Assembly (NCBI RefSeq): GCF_004010195.1
Contig: NC_057726.1
Span: forward strand, 69,885,468-69,949,467
Direction: 5' to 3'
From: Chiloscyllium plagiosum
Lineage: Eukaryota
DNA: 64,000 nt
The translations under genes and the position numbers were made by a program. Of this stretch, positions 22,741 to 37,045 are shown piece after piece (the first letter of the stretch is position 1; each line of letters starts with the position of its first letter). A model generated the notes under the pieces. The model did no database searches and was not told the DNA's origin. It was given only the letters and a program-made list of their open reading frames with translations.

Positions 22741-24079
22741 AAAGTGTTTGATATGGCAGTGGAGAAACATATAAGCAATAGATTCAAATTTTGTTGTGGA
22801 CAAAAGTATGACCTGCAAATGCTGGATTAGGATTGGGGGAAAGCAGATTTTGAGAGAATACAGCAGTATCTGCCCATAGTAGACTGAGAAAGCTCTTTAC
22901 AAATAAGCAGATCAATGGGGTGCATTCAAAAAGGAACTGGGGAGGGAGCAGGTTCAACATGTACCCTTGAGAGGGAAATGTAGAAGCAATCCATTCAGAG
23001 AATCCTAGATGTCGATGACAATTCACTACTGGGTAAAGGAGAAGAAAACTACTTTTATCAAATTCAAAGAGAGCTATTCAGCTGCAGTGCTAGACGAAGC
23101 CAGCAAGTAAATTATGAAACGAATTAGAAGAGCAAGAAAGAGGCATGAAAGAGATTTTGTAAACAGGATTTGGGAGAATCTTAAAGTGTTTTATAAATTC
23201 CTTAAAGGGAAGAGGTTAATCAAGGAAATTGTAGGGCCCATGACTAAAACACACTTTATTTACCTGTGCACAGTAAACCACTTGTATCCAGCCAGCTCAC
23301 AATCAATCTGCTTATTCTAAATCTTCTTGTTATGTTTTGTTTTCATGGCTTCTTAATGATTCCCTGGCTGCATGGGTGTTTTTTTTTCCTGATGGTGGAA
23401 TATTGAATAAAATTAATTATACAAACAGAAATCTACTGTTTTTTCTACTTAAACTATTTTTTAAAAAAATTATGAAATGGTACAAAGTGCAATTAGTTAA
23501 CAGTAAACACAAATCAACTGGTCATAAAAAAACACAATTTACAGGGGAAGGGGCAGTAAGGCTGAACCTCAAACCTCACTGAAACCTCAGTTTTCAGGGA
23601 AAAGAAGACAAACCTCAATCCCATTTTCCCTCAAAGAGGTAATGGAAACAAACACAGACAAGATGGTCCAATCCAGGAAAAAAAAGTGCATAGAACACAG
23701 ACCCCCCCCAGCAACCTTGCAATGCACCCTGTGAAATTCTGTTAAAATGTGAAATTGGAGGGGTTTTTTTCTGATTGGTTAAGGCTAAATGATCATTATC
23801 ATGAACTTTTCACTGTTTCACTGCACAGATCCTGCCTGACCAGCTGATTGTTTTCAACGTTTTCTGTTTTTTTTCAGAGAAGTCTGTAATTATCATTCCA
23901 TGTCTTACTTCTTGATTGTACGTGGTGTAGTCAGGAGGTGTGTTTGTACCACTGTATTTCTAGAGTTTGTCTTTTATACAGTTGGACTAGTCATGTTACT
24001 TGTCAATTATAAATCTAAGGGCCATGATAGTTTATGTTGTTGAAAGTCAAGGACAGAAACATGGATTCTGTTGCTTGTA

Positions 24080-25635
24080 AATCATTTGGGATATATCCCA
24101 AAATGCTGAGGGAAGTGAGGAAGGAAATTGTATGAAATCTTTATATCCTCTTCAGTCACAGAAAAGACCTGAGTGAACTGGAGAGTAGCCAACGTTATTC
24201 TTTTGTTTAAGAAGAACAGTCGGGATAATCCAGGAATTTAAATGCTGGTGAGATTGTAGGGAAATTGTTAGAGAATATTCTTGGGATTGGATTTCCACAA
24301 CTGTTGGGGGAAAAAGGACTTGTCAGTGAAAGGCAGCATGAACGTGACTGGGGGTGATGGTGTCTCTCAAATTTGATTGAGTTTTTTTGAGAAGTGACAA
24401 AGACAATTATTGAGGGCAGTGTGGTAGATGTTGTTTATATGGACTTCAGAAAGACCTTTGTCAATGTTCGTCGTGGCAAGCTGATACAAAAGGTGAAGTC
24501 ACATGAGATCTGTAAGCTGCTCAGATGGTGATCACTGGTGATTTGGAGAAGAATGTAAGGGTTCTGATTGGTAATGTTGTGGATGACACAAAAAGTTTGA
24601 GAGCTGCAGGTAGTGAGGATGATGGCCAGAGTAGATGGCAGGATATAGATAGGCTAGGGACTGATGAAGAGAAATGGCAGATGGCATTTAATCTGGACAA
24701 ATGAGAGATAATGCATTTTGGAAGGTTTAACTCTGGCAGAAATCTGCAGTAAATGGCTGAACACTTAGAAGCATTAATATACAGAGGAAGTAAGGCATAA
24801 ATGTCCATTCTTCTCTAAAAGTGGCAACAGAAGTGGATAAGAAGGTCAAGATGGCAGTTAGCATGTTTGCCTCCATTGGTTGGGGCACAGAGTTTAAACA
24901 TTGGTCAGTCATGTTGCAGCTATATAGAAGTTTAGTGAGGTCACATTTGAAATATTGCATACATTTCTGATCACCACGTTACCAGAAGGATTAGTCATAG
25001 AATCATACAGAACGGAAACAGGCCCTTTGGTACAACACACCTATGGCAGGCAAATTTTCCAAGCCAGACTAAACGTAATTTCCTGCGTTTGGATCATATC
25101 CCTCCAAATCTTTCCTATTTATGTATCTGTCAAAATGTCTAAAACGTTGTTACTGTACCTGCATCTATCACTTCCTCTGGTAGTTCATTTGAACCACTAT
25201 CTATGTGAAAAGACTGCCTCTCAGGTTCCTTTTAAATCTTTCTCCTCTCACCTTCAAACATACCCTCTCGTTTTGAATTCCCCTACTCAAAGGCTTTGCT
25301 ACTCTTTGCTAGTTACCTTTTCTGTGCCTCCCATGATTTAAAAACTTCGATAAAATCATCTGTCAACTTTTTGTGCTTCAGTGAAAATAAAGTCCCAGCC
25401 TGTCTTTGGAGACAGAAATGGTTTACGACCATGTTGTTTGGTTGGAAGAATATTAGGTATGAAGAGAGATTAGACAAACTTGATTTGTTTTTGTTTGAAC
25501 GTCGGAGGCAGAGGGGTGACCTGATGGAACTTTACAAGAGTATGAGAGGCATTGATAGAATTGATAGTTGAAGTCTTTCACCACAGTATAGAAATATATG
25601 CGTATTACTAGGGGTCATGAATTTTAGGTAAAAAG
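24080..25635 (+). mobile_element. Old CR1 RT fragments with a nested antisense CR1 3' end (~24990-25405)
   Basis: Decayed YMDF.K.F, WQMAFNLDK, RYEERLDKLDLF..RRRQRGDLMELYK. Confidence 0.75.
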
Positions 25636-28600
25636 GGAAAGGTACCATGGAACAGATCGTGTACTGTTTATCAGATGGTTTAAAAACTGGGGTCCTACAC
25701 TCGTAAAGTATATAAATCACTGACTGTGCATTTCAGTTTAGTTTCTGGATTCTGTGCTGAGACAACAGTTTGAAGTTTGATGGTTGTGTAAACCTTGTGA
25801 TCGTAGAATTCACCAGATAATCATCAACTGAAAGAAGACCCATGGGATTATCCAGAGACAGGAACATGGACCATCGTCCCTGAACACAGCGTGTTCAGTC
25901 TTTTCTGGAAATTTGCTGATTTATATTCACTTTACTCAATTGTCTTATGCTCATTAAAGGTATGGCTTGTTAACCTCGATATGAGTTTCTTGCATTAATG
26001 AATACATTTTTTCAAATATTTCTTCCATTTATTTAACGGATCCAAAGTGTTCATGCTCAATATGTGAAGGCCTCCAAGAAATAGTGATAAATTAAGTATG
26101 TAATCCATGGTAGGGGCATTCACTTATTCACATTCACTTTATTCAAGAAATTTTTCTGCAAATAAGTTTCAAGGTCCATTAGACTGCAATAATTCAAATA
26201 AATGTTGTCTCCAAAAGCCATTTCCAGCAAGAGAGTGGATCAAACTACATTCAATCTGAACGATCTAATGGAGGCAGATAATGAGTGGGAAGCTGTGAAA
26301 GCAGCAGAAGAGGTATTGATAGTCGGTGAAAGAAATTTGTGCTGATCCTTACAGCAATTAGGTCTTGGTATCGAGACTGGCTCTAATGTACTGACGGGTC
26401 TGTCAGTTTCCAAGTGATCGATTGCGATAGGGGACCTGTTTAGTCAGAGGCACAGAAAGACATTTCTGTGGCCAACAGCAAGAAATCATACTGGTGTGTT
26501 GCCTCCCTGGTGCCAGGATCAAGCATATCTCGGAGAGAGTGCAGAATTTTCTCAAAGGGGAGTGGCCACCAGCAGGACGCCATTGTACACATTTGAACGA
26601 ACGACATAGGAAGGGAGAAGGATGAGATTCAAAAGGGAGAGTACGGGAAGTTAGGCAGGAATTTAAAAATGAGATTCTCAAGGGTAGTATTATCTGACTT
26701 ACTCCTGGTGCTATGAGCTAGTGAGGGGATGGAATAGATACAACAGACGAATGTGTGGCTCAGGAGCTGGTGCAGAGGAGAAGTGTTCACATTTTTGGAT
26801 CATTGGAATATCTTCTGGGGTAGAGGTCAGGCAAGAGAGGAAGGAGAGTGGCATTTCTGATAGGGATAACATTACAGCTGTACTTAGGGAGGATATTCCT
26901 GGGAATATGTCCAGGGAAGATATTTGGGTGGAACTGAGAAATGAGAAAGGGATGATTATCTTATTTGGATTGTGCAATGGTGTCCCCAGTAGTCAGCAGA
27001 AAATTGAGAAACACATTTATCAGTAGATCTCCGTTATCTGTAAGAATAATAGGGTGATGTTAGGGTATTTTAACTTTCCAAACATAGACTGGGACTGCCA
27101 TCGTGCTAAGGGATTAGATAGAGAGCAATTTGTGTGGTCTTTACAAGAAAATGTTCTGATTCAGTATGTGGGTGTACCTGCTAGAGAAGATGCAAAACTT
27201 GACCTATCATGAGAAATAAGTGAGGGCAGGAGAAGTAGGTGTCAGTGGGGAGCACTTTGGGGCCAGCGTACATAATTCTATTAATTTCAATGTAGTGATG
27301 GAAAAGAATAGACAGGATCTAAAAGTTAAAGTTCTCAATTTGAAGAAGGCTAATTTTGATGGCATTAGGCAAGAACTTTAAAAAGTTGATTGGGTGCAGA
27401 TATTCGCAGCTAAAGGGATGGCTGGAAAATGGGATGCCTTCAGAAGTGAGAAGATGAGAATCCAGAGACAGTATTTCCTGTTAGAGTGAAAGGAAAGGCT
27501 GTTAGGTGTAGGGAATGCTGGATGACTGAAGAAATTAAGGATTTCGTTAAGAAAATGATTGAAGCATATGTCAGGTATAGACAGCAGAGACAAAGTGAAT
27601 GCTTAGAAGAGGATAAAGACACTAGGAATATGTTTTGGAGAGAAATAAAGAGGACACAAAGAGAAAAGTGGACAGTTTTGGCAAATAGGGTTAAGGAGAA
27701 TCCAAAGGAATTTTATAAATCCATTAAGGACAAAAAGATAACTAGGGAGAGAATATGACTCCTCAAAGATCAGCAAGGCAGCCTATGTGAGGAAACACAG
27801 GAGATGGGGTAGATACGAAACAAGTATTGTATATCAGTGTTTTCTGTGGAGAAGGACATGGAAAATACAGAAATAGATGGTGACATCTTGACAAATGTCC
27901 ATATTACAGATGAGGAAGTGTTGGATGTCTTAATAAACACAAAGGTGAATAAATTCCCAGGATCTGATTAGGTGTACCCTGGAAATCTGTGGGAAGCTAG
28001 GGAAGTGATTGCTGGGCTCCTTGTTGAGATATTTGTCTCATTGATAGACAAAGGTGAGATGCCAGAACCCTGGAAGTTGGATAATCTGGTGACACTATTT
28101 AAGAAAGATGGTAAGGAAAAGCCAAGGAATCACAGACCCGTGAGCCTGACATCGGTGGTGGACATATTGTTGGAGGTAATCCTGAGGGACAAGAATTACA
28201 TGTATTTGGAAAGGCAAAGACTGATTAGGGAAAGTCAACATGGCTTTGTGCATGGGAAATCAAGTCTCACTAACGTAATTGAGTTTTTGTTTGAAGAAGT
28301 AACAACGAGGATTGTTGAGGACAGAGCGATAGATGTGATCTATATGGAGTTCAGTAAGGCATTCGACAAGGTTCCCCGTGTGCGACTGGTTAGCAAGGTG
28401 AGATCTCACGGAATTAAGGGAGAACTAGCCATTTGGATGCAGAACTGGCTGGAAATTATATATTTATATAATTTATATAATTTATATAAATTATATAAAT
28501 AATTTGATTGGGAACATTGGAGGTATAGTTAGTAAGTCTGCAGGTGACACCAACATTGGAGGTGTAGTGGACAGTGAAGAAAGTTACCTTAGATTACAAC

Positions 28601-29330
28601 AGGATATTGATCAGAAGGGCCAATGGGCCAAGGAGTGACAGATGGAGATTAATTCAGATAAATGTGAGGTGCGGGAAAGACAAGTCAAGGCAGGACTTAT
28701 GCACTTCATGGTAAGGCCCTGGGGAGTGTTTTTGAATAAAGAGACCTTGCAAGTGGAGTCCAAGGTCGATGGGATAGTGAAGAAGGCATTTGGTATGCTT
28801 TCCTTTATTGTTCGGAGCAGTATGTATGGGAGTTGAGAGGTCATATTGTGGCTGTACAGGGCATTGGTGAGGTCACTTTTAGAATATTGTGTGCAATTCT
28901 GTTCTCCCTCCTATGGGAAGGATGTTGAGAAACTTTAAAGGGTTGAGAAAAGATTTACAAGGATGTTACCAGGGTTGGAGGATTTGAGCTATTGGGAGAG
29001 GCTGAATAAGCTGGAGTTGTTTTCCCTGGAGCGTTGGAGGCTGATGTGTCATCTTATACATGTGTATAACATCATGAGGGATATGGATAGGGTAAATAGG
29101 CAAGGCCTTTTCCCTGATTTTGGGGAAGTTCAGAACTAAAGGACATAAATTCAGAGTGAGAGAAAAGAGATTTGAAAGGGACCGAAGTGATAACTTTTTC
29201 ACACAGATTGCGGTGCATGTATGGAATGAGTTGCCAAAGTAAGTGGTAGAGTCTAGTGCAATTACAACTTTTCAAAGACATCCAGATGGCTACATGGATA
29301 GAAAGGGTTTAGAGGGATATGGGTCAAGTA

Positions 29331-30141
29331 GGGTGTAGGACCATTTGGCGCAGCCACTTTGGCATGGCCGGTTCGGCACAGACCATTTTGCTGCAGATCT
29401 GTTTAGCCATGGAACTGTTTTGGCGCAGCTCATATTGATTTCAGGATTAGTTAACAACATTAATGAAAGCAGTAAAAAAGCTGTTTCGGCGCAGCTCATA
29501 TTGTTTGCTGGCTTAGTTAACAAGTTTCTTTTATTTTTTTTCTCTTTCACATTTTTACTGAAGAGGATAAACATTACTTTTATATTTATTGCTTTCATTA
29601 ATATTTTTTACTAAGTCTGAAAACGAATCAAATTTTATTCTTTATGGGCGGCACGGTGGCACAGTGGTTAGCACTGCTGCCTCACAGCGCCAGAGACCCG
29701 GGTTCAATTCCCGCCTCAGGCGACTGACTGTGTGGAGTTTGCACGTTCTCCCCGTGTCTGCGTGGGTTTCCTCCGGGTGCTCCGGTTTCCTCCCACAGTC
29801 CAAAGATGTGCAGGGTCAGGTGAATTGGCCATACTAAATTGCCCGTAGTGTTAGGTAAGGGGTAAATGTAGGGGTATGGGTGGGTTTCGCTTCGGCGGGT
29901 CGGTGTGGACTTGTTGGGCCGAAGGGCCTGTTTCCACACTGTAATCTAATCTAATCTAATTGCGTTCAGTAATGTGTTTAACTAAGCCTGAAAAGGAATC
30001 AATTTTTATTTTTACTGCTTTCATTAATCCTGAAATCAATATGACCTTCGCTGAAATAGCTCTGCAGCTAAACGGGTCTGCGGCAAATTGGCCTGCGCCG
30101 AAACGCTCGCGCCAAAGTGGCTGCGCCGAATGGTTCCACTC
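29331..30141. mobile_element. Non-autonomous DNA transposon (MITE/fold-back, Mutator-like) with long TIRs
   Basis: accatttggcgcagccactttggc is inverted to gccaaagtggctgcgccgaatggt; inverted arms >100 bp with ~15 bp subrepeats; flanks tgggtcaagta / tgggtccagta. Confidence 0.75.
29646..29960 (+). mobile_element. HE1-like V-SINE, full-length, young
   Basis: A box tggcacagtggt, B box ggttcaattcc, V-domain, CR1-like tail, (AATCT)n. Confidence 0.95.
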
Positions 30142-31250
30142 TGGGTCCAGTACCGGCAAATGAGACTCGATGATTTTAGGATATCTGGTCAGCATGGACA
30201 AATTAGACCGAAGGGTCTGATTCCATGCTGTCCATCTTTTTGATCTATAACTCAACATGATTCTGATTTTGAGAATGCTATTCTCTCCAGCTGTGGTGAC
30301 AATAAGACAATTAGTTCGTTCAGAAGGGCCTTCTTATTCAACTCAATGTTGCGGTCTCATCAAAAAGGTAAAAGAGCACGTGTGTCACAGTGATAACAAC
30401 TGTTGGATAAAGGATAATAATTTATAGCGTCCACCAGGGCTATGTTGGCTTAGAAAACCTCCAAAAATTCTGTGCAGCCATTCAAATTGATTAGGGGCCT
30501 TAAAATAAAGAATGCTGGAAACATATTTAAATGTCATTTAGCTGAAATTATAACAATTTCTCTCCCCACAGATTACAACTGACCTCCAGAGTGATTTTGA
30601 GTTGTTTCTGTTTTACATCTGATTTCCAGTGTCTGCAGCATTCCACCTTTGTGGTAGGCTCAGAACCTTTTGCTTTGGGAGGTCAACTAAATGTCCAACC
30701 GTTAACTGGGTGAACAACATTCTGAAATTAAAACTATTCCCAGTGTTTGACTAAACTGGCAAGTTACAGTCCGTAAGCCCATAAATTAAACAAAGTTTCT
30801 TGAAAAGTTATTGATGAATTTGTCATACAGATCGAATGACCTGTCAATAATGAAAATTACAAGCTACCAGTTTCTCCATTACTCCTGAATTCTTAAAGCC
30901 AAATATAAAATCAAAAGTGTTCTAACGATCATTACTCTTGATCTATATTTGCCTGTTCTGTTCTCAGTTTAATGTTTCATTTCTACTTCCTGTGTTAGAC
31001 TTGGTTCTTTAACACATTTAGAAGTGATTTTTCTTTGACATGAATCCTATCCTTTTCATGATAATATCCAAGATATATTCATTGAAAGAACTCCATGTTT
31101 TAGTTACCCTGTTTTCTGCTTCATGAACTATCTCCAATGTGACTCTCTTTGAAGGAGTTCAATTGTTCGCTTACTCTTTAGTGGCTCACTTATTCATTTT
31201 GGTAATGGTGATAACGACAAGAACAAATGAATGAACTGTTTGATATTTGA

Positions 31251-31558
31251 GGCTGGCATGGTGGCTCAGTGGTTAACAGTGCAGCCTCACAGCATCCAGG
31301 GATCTGGGCTCAATTCCAGCTTTGGGTGACTGTGTGGAGTTTGCATATTCTCCCTGTGTCTGCGTAGGTTTCCTCACAATCCAAAGATGTTCGGGTTAGA
31401 TGAATTGGCCATGCTAAAATGCTTATAGTGTTCAGAGATGTGTAGGTTAGATACATTAGTCAGGGGTAAATGTAGAGATAAGAGGGTATGGGTCTGTGTG
31501 GGATACTCTTCAGAGGGTCAGTGTGAACTTTCTGGGCGGAAGGGCCTGTTTCCACACA
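31251..31558 (+). mobile_element. HE1-like V-SINE, diverged
   Basis: ggcatggtggctcagtggtt..tgtgtggagtttgca..gggcctgtttccacac. Confidence 0.85.
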
Positions 31559-31744
31559 TTAACAGAAAAGAGATGCTGTTGGGGTTGGAGAGCTTAAACC
31601 AAAAAGAGGATCATATTTTTCACACCCCCGCTCTATTACTCATGACTTCAGCTCAATCGTCAAGTTATCCTTACTTCTCTGCAGCATTCAACCTTTCTAT
31701 TCCAGAATAAATGTTTCTTCTGATGTTATGTCTCTCCCAGATAT

Positions 31745-33290
31745 GATATGGAGGTGCTGATGTTGGACTGCGGTGGTTAAAGTTAAAAAGAAAACACACA
31801 ACACCAGGTTATAGTCCTACAGGTTTATTTGGAAGTACAAGCTTTCAGAACACTGCTCCGAGATTACAGTATCATGCAACTGAAACAATATATTGGACCT
31901 AGATTGCTGTTAAGTCTTTCACCTTTTAGAATGAGTTGCAGGCTTCAGTACGTAAATATGAGTATAAATCCCAGAACTTCTTTAAAGTCCCATTCTTGAG
32001 ATAAATGAAGTTTTTACACAAAAAAATGACACCTCATCCCAGACAATGCATTAAAGGTGTGAGGTTAGGCGGGGGTGGATGGGGAGGGGGTGGGTGATCT
32101 GTGTTTGGGGCTGGGGCTTGTGCGCTTTGAGCTAGGGTGCGGGGGGTGTNNNNNNNNNNNNNNTGGGGGTTGGGGCCGGGCAGGCTGGGGGCTAGGTTGG
32201 GGGTGAGAGCTTGATCGCTCTTTGCTGCTGCAGTCTCCTGAACAGGGACCAGACTTTAAAGCCCCAGAGGAAAGACATTTAATCGATTTTCCAAATAATC
32301 AATTTTCCGAATGAAATAGTGCCCATCCATCAGGTTCAGATAATCGAGTTTCCACTATATAAGCCTGTGAGATGATGTCTGCACAGGTGTGAGTCTTGAG
32401 GGTGCATGTATGTGTATATGAGAGAAAGCGTGATTTTGATAGAGGGTCTGCATGCGTGTGTGAATATGCAAGAATGTGTGTGTGTGTGCATGTGTGTGTA
32501 TATTGTGGGGTCACCTGTAGTGTGACATGAACCCAAGGTCCAGGTTGAGGCCACCTGAAGTTATCTGGAGAGCGAGCTATAGGGAGAGGCTGAATAGGCT
32601 GGGGCTGTTTTCCTTGGTGTATCAGTGGCTGGGGAGGGGTGACCATATAGAGGTTTATAAAATCACGAGGGGCATGGATAGGATAAACAGACAAAATCAT
32701 TTCCCTGGCATGGGGGTGTCCAGAACTAGAGGGCATAGGTTTATGGTGAGAGGGGAAAGGTATAAAAGGGACCTAAGGGGCAAAGTTTTCAAGCAGTTGG
32801 TGGTGCGTGTAGGGAATGAGCTGCCAGAGGAAGTGGTGGAGGCTGGTACAAATACGGCATTTAAAATGCTTCTGGGTGAGTATAACAATAGGAAGAATTT
32901 AGAGGGATATGGGCCAAGTGCTGGAAATTAGACTAGATTAGGTTTGAATATCTGGTCGGCATGGATGAGTTGGAGGGAATGGTCTATTTCAGTGGCTGTG
33001 TGTCTCCACGTCTCTATGACCCTATGAATCTATGAGACTCGAAATAAGTTCTGAGATTTACATATTAATGAACTGAAATCTGCAAACCATTTTAAAAGAT
33101 GGAAGACTTAACAGCAAACTAGATTTATTCAATATTTTGTTTCAGTTGCATGACACTGCAACCTTTTGCTAAAAATTCTGTGTCTTATGATCCTGTTCCA
33201 CAGCTATCTGATGAAGGAGCAGCGGTCCGAACGCTATTACTTCCAAATAAACTGGTTGGTCGATAACCTGGTGATGTATGATTTTTAACT
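31745..33290. mobile_element. PLE-derived element with ~200-250 bp inverted termini; hammerhead-like motif at 33205-33238
   Basis: 31780-31980 is the reverse complement of 33045-33290; CTGATGA-A-GGAGC agc GGTCC-GAA. Confidence 0.7.
32560..33035 (+). mobile_element. CR1 LINE 3' end nested in the PLE
   Basis: SYRERLNRLGLFSL..GDHIEVYKITRGMDR. Confidence 0.88.
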
Positions 33291-33431
33291 CTATCAGATA
33301 TGTTTGTTAAAAGAACTGTAACTAACATCAATGATCATCCAGCCAAATTGTATCCCTGGAGAACATGTTTTCTATATATAAATAATTATCCCAGTTCCAG
33401 ATCAGCTGTGACTAATCTCTTTTCTCTGAGT

Positions 33432-33516
33432 ATGAAGTATCCGTTCAATCTACTTCCAACACTTGCTGATGTTGAATTCATTTATTGCCCTGTACTTGGG
33501 GCAGTAGGAGTGCTCA
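33432..33516 (+). CDS. GPCR exon 1 (N-terminus and first half of TM1)
   Basis: MKYPFNLLPTLADVEFIYCPVLGAVGVL followed by donor A|GTAAGT; phase 1 matches the acceptor at 39504; an alternative in-frame ATG lies at 33300. Confidence 0.8.
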
Positions 33517-35078
33517 GTAAGTTACTAATAGCTGTTCAGCTTTGGGGAATTAGACGAATGTTTCTGCTTTAATGCACAATGAGCCAACAGCTGTGCTCAA
33601 AACTGTGTGAGAATACAACACTGTTCTTTGTCACGTTTTCATGCAAAATAACTTGGATTTTTTCTTAAGCTCAAAATCTGTCATGACCCATTATTATGTT
33701 ATATTGATCTTGAGATTTTTAAGATTATAAAATTGTAATGTTTGTTTAACTACAATTAACACTGCTTATCACAAAATATAATTATTGGAATGTTAATTGA
33801 TCAATTTACTACCGTATGCAAGCTTATTTTAAAATAATTAAAAATAATTGAAAAGAATATTACAAAACTATTTACCAGTTAAGCTGAAACCTTTGGGAGC
33901 AATATGTCAGTGGCTATGTTAGCACAGAGTTGAATGTCCTGATGGATGATGGTTTTAATTTAAGTCTGGCAGAGGTAGACAACTACTTGTGATTGGAGTT
34001 GGGACCACTGCTCTTTCTGGATAATCTGAATTCAAATTGCCTTCAGGAGAAATTATGGGATCAACTAATTGGAAGCAAATTGAAGAATGTTAGAATCACC
34101 CCTAGAAATAAGAATTGAACAAAAGTCTAAAATATTTTGAAGATGGGAAACAAATTGAGAAGACTATTACTAAGGCACTTGGTTTTCGAAGCGTGATTAT
34201 AACAGACTAGAGTGAATTAGTGAAAAAGGTTTACTTTTGTGAAGCCTTTGACAATATTCCTCATGGGAGACTAATTTGTATAATTAGTTCATAGGGGATT
34301 CAGGGTGATTTTGCAAATTTGGTACAAAATTGGCTTAAAGACAAGAGACAGAGACTTGTGGTGGAGAGTTGCTGTTCAGACTGGGGGCCTGTGACCAGCG
34401 GTGTTCCACAGGAATTGGTGTTGGCTCCATTTTTTGTTTATCATTTATGTAAGTGATTTAGATGAGAATTTAGAAGGCATGGTTAGTAGGTTTGTGAATA
34501 ACACCAAATGTCATATGATAGTGGACAGTGAAGAAGTTTATCTAAGATTACAAGGAGATCTTGATCAATTGGGTTAATGGGCTGAGAAGTGGCAGATGGA
34601 GTTTAATTTGGATAAATGCAAGGTATTGCATTTTAGTCAAACAAACAAGGACAATACTGATACAACTAAAAGTGTGCCATTGTGTGGTTGTAGAATTGAG
34701 AAATCTGGGGTTCAGGTACAAATACTTTGAACTTTGCGAAACATGAAGGCAGGATGGTTATGAAGGCATTTAACATACTTATCTTCATTGCTCAGTTCCT
34801 TGAATAAAGGAGTTTTGACATGTTTTATAGTTGGACAGAACATTGGGAAGATCTCTTCGGGAGTACTGTGTCCTGCTCTAGTCATCCTGTTATAGGAAGG
34901 AGACTATGAAGCTAGAGATCGTTCAGAAAATATTTACCTGGATGTTGCTGAGAACGGAGGGTTTGAGTTATAAAGAGGGGCTGGATAGGTTTGGATGTTT
35001 TGCAATGGAGTGTAGGAATTTAAGGAGTGACCTTACAGAGGTTTATAAAATGATGAGGGGTATAGATAAGATAAATAG

Positions 35079-37045
35079 AGACAAAAAAACCTGCAGATGC
35101 TGGAATCCAAAGTAGACAGGCAGAAGGCTGCAAGAACACAGCAAGCCAGGCAGCATCAGGAGGTGTCGAGGTCATGGCAGGGAGCAGTGGAAGGGGGGAG
35201 GGCTGGGAAGGGAGGCGGTGGTTAGGGAGGGTGGTTATTTGAAACTGGAGAACTCAAAGTTGAGTCCTCCAGGCTGTAGGGTGGCCAGGCGGAAGACAAA
35301 GTTTTGTTACTCCAATAAGAGCTGTGCTTTGTTTTGCCAATGCAGGAGGCCAAGGATGGTCATGTTGGAATGAGAGTAGTTGGAGGAATTGACGTGGGCA
35401 GTGCGTGGGAGGTCTGGTTGGCCCCTGCGAGCCCGGCTGCGATACTTGGTGAACCCTTCCTTAAGTTTACATTTGGTCTCCCCGATGGAGAGAAGACCAC
35501 ATTGGGAGCACCTCATGCAGTAAACTAGGTTGGAGGAGAGGGGGGGTTGGTGTACCGCCAGGTTTCACATCTCTTCTGGGTGTAGGGGAAATATCTGGGA
35601 GTTTGGTGCCGTTGAAGGGAACGGTCCTTGTGGAAGGCAGAGAGTGGTGGGGAGGGGAAGATGTTCTTGGTATGGGGTCTATTTGGAGTTTGCAGAAGTG
35701 TTTGAGGATGTGGATTGGATGTGGAGACTGGTGGAGTGGGAGGTGCGGATAAGGGGGACTCTGTCTTTATTGCATTGGGGGAGTTTAGAGCAAGATTAGA
35801 GTGATGCTAGAAAAACACAGCAGGTCTGGCAGCATTGGAGAAGCAGGAGAATTGACATTTCGGACAAAAGCCCTTCATCAGGAAGTGGAACGGGGAACGA
35901 AGGTGATGCAGTGGAGGGCTGTCTGGATGACGGAGGGAGGAAAAGCAAATTGTTCAAAAAAGGTGGACATCTGGGATGCTCGCAAGTGGAATGTCTCCTT
36001 GTCCGTGCAGATGCGGCGGATGCAAAGGAATTGGGAGAATGGGATGGAGTTCTTGCAGGATACAGTGTGGGAGGTGGTGTAGTCCAGGGAGTTATGGGAG
36101 CCTGTAGGTTTGTAGGGGGCATCCGATGGGGGCCGTCACTGGAGATGGAAATTGTGAGGTCAAGAAAGGGGAGGGAGATGGAGCAAGTGAATTTGAAGGC
36201 AGGGTGAAAGTTGTGGATGAAATCGATGAACTGCTCCAGTTCAGCCTGGGTGCAGGACAATGCACCGATGCAGTCATCGATGTAACGGCAGAAGAGTAGG
36301 GGTACATGGCCAATGTCGGTACTGAAGGGACACTGTTTGATATAGCCGACAAAGAGGCAGGCATAGCTGTGGCCCATTTGGGTATCTGGAGGACAGTCCT
36401 CTATATCGCAGAGGCTAAACACCAACTCTTCAAACCACATCCTTCCTCCCCCTTGCCTACGAACCCATCGCTATCCATCAGGCCCAAGTCCAAGACATTG
36501 TCAGTGCCCTCATCGCCTCTGCTGATCTCCCCTTCACTGCCTCCAAACCCATAGTCCATCAGCCCCATAATGCCTGGTTCCTTCCAGTCACTGCCTATTT
36601 CCATTCCTCCAACCACTCCCTTTTTGACACGACCATCCTTGGCCTCGTCCATTGACAAAACAAACCACAGCTCCTATTGGAGGAACAGCACCTTATCTTC
36701 TGCCTGGGCACCCTACAGCCCAGAGGACTCAACTTTGAGTTCTGCAATTTCAAATAACCACCGTCCCCATCCCCAACTCCTTTCCCAGCCCATCCACATC
36801 CTCTCCACTGCTCCCTGCCACCAACTGGATACATTCCTCCCATTGACCAACCAAGTTGTACCCGCTGCTTGTCTCCACCTATCTCCATTTTACCACCCTG
36901 CCCCCGTCTCCCGCTTTATCTGCAGCTCGTTCCACACCCACCCCCAATCCTGAAGAAGGGTCACATCTAAAATGTCGACTTCTGAACTTCCTGCTACTGC
37001 CTGGCTTGCTGTGTTCTTCCAGTATCTTGCCTGTCCACTATATAT
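35079..37045. mobile_element. Rearranged Penelope-like element(s) with RT and GIY-YIG remnants and inverted ends
   Basis: Minus strand QMGHSYACLFVGY..FCRYIDDCIG..LPFLDL (PLE RT) and RCSQCGLLSIGETK (GIY-YIG); 35080-35400 is inverted to 36620-37040. Confidence 0.85.
35850..35884 (-). ncRNA. Minimal hammerhead ribozyme motif in PLE terminus
   Basis: Minus strand CTGATGA-A-GGGC tttt GTCC-GAA-ATGT-C. Confidence 0.55.

Larger units (their letters stand above)
26400..30252 (+). mobile_element. Long decayed CR1 LINE (ORF1 esterase, APE, RT, 3' UTR), interrupted near its end by a MITE
   Basis: VCCLPGARIK at ~26495; IWVELRNEKG; RPVSLTSVV..QHGF..EFSKAFDKVP; 3' UTR ends ~30250. Confidence 0.88.

Noticed and set aside
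29340-29430. Short periodic repeats resembling a CRISPR or iteron array
   Set aside because: Degenerate ~15 bp units with no unique spacers, mirrored at 30040-30135 as transposon TIRs; eukaryotic context
29646-29720. tRNA-like sequence with A and B boxes (also in other copies)
   Set aside because: Head of a tRNA-derived SINE, continuous with V-domain and LINE-like tail; not a tRNA gene
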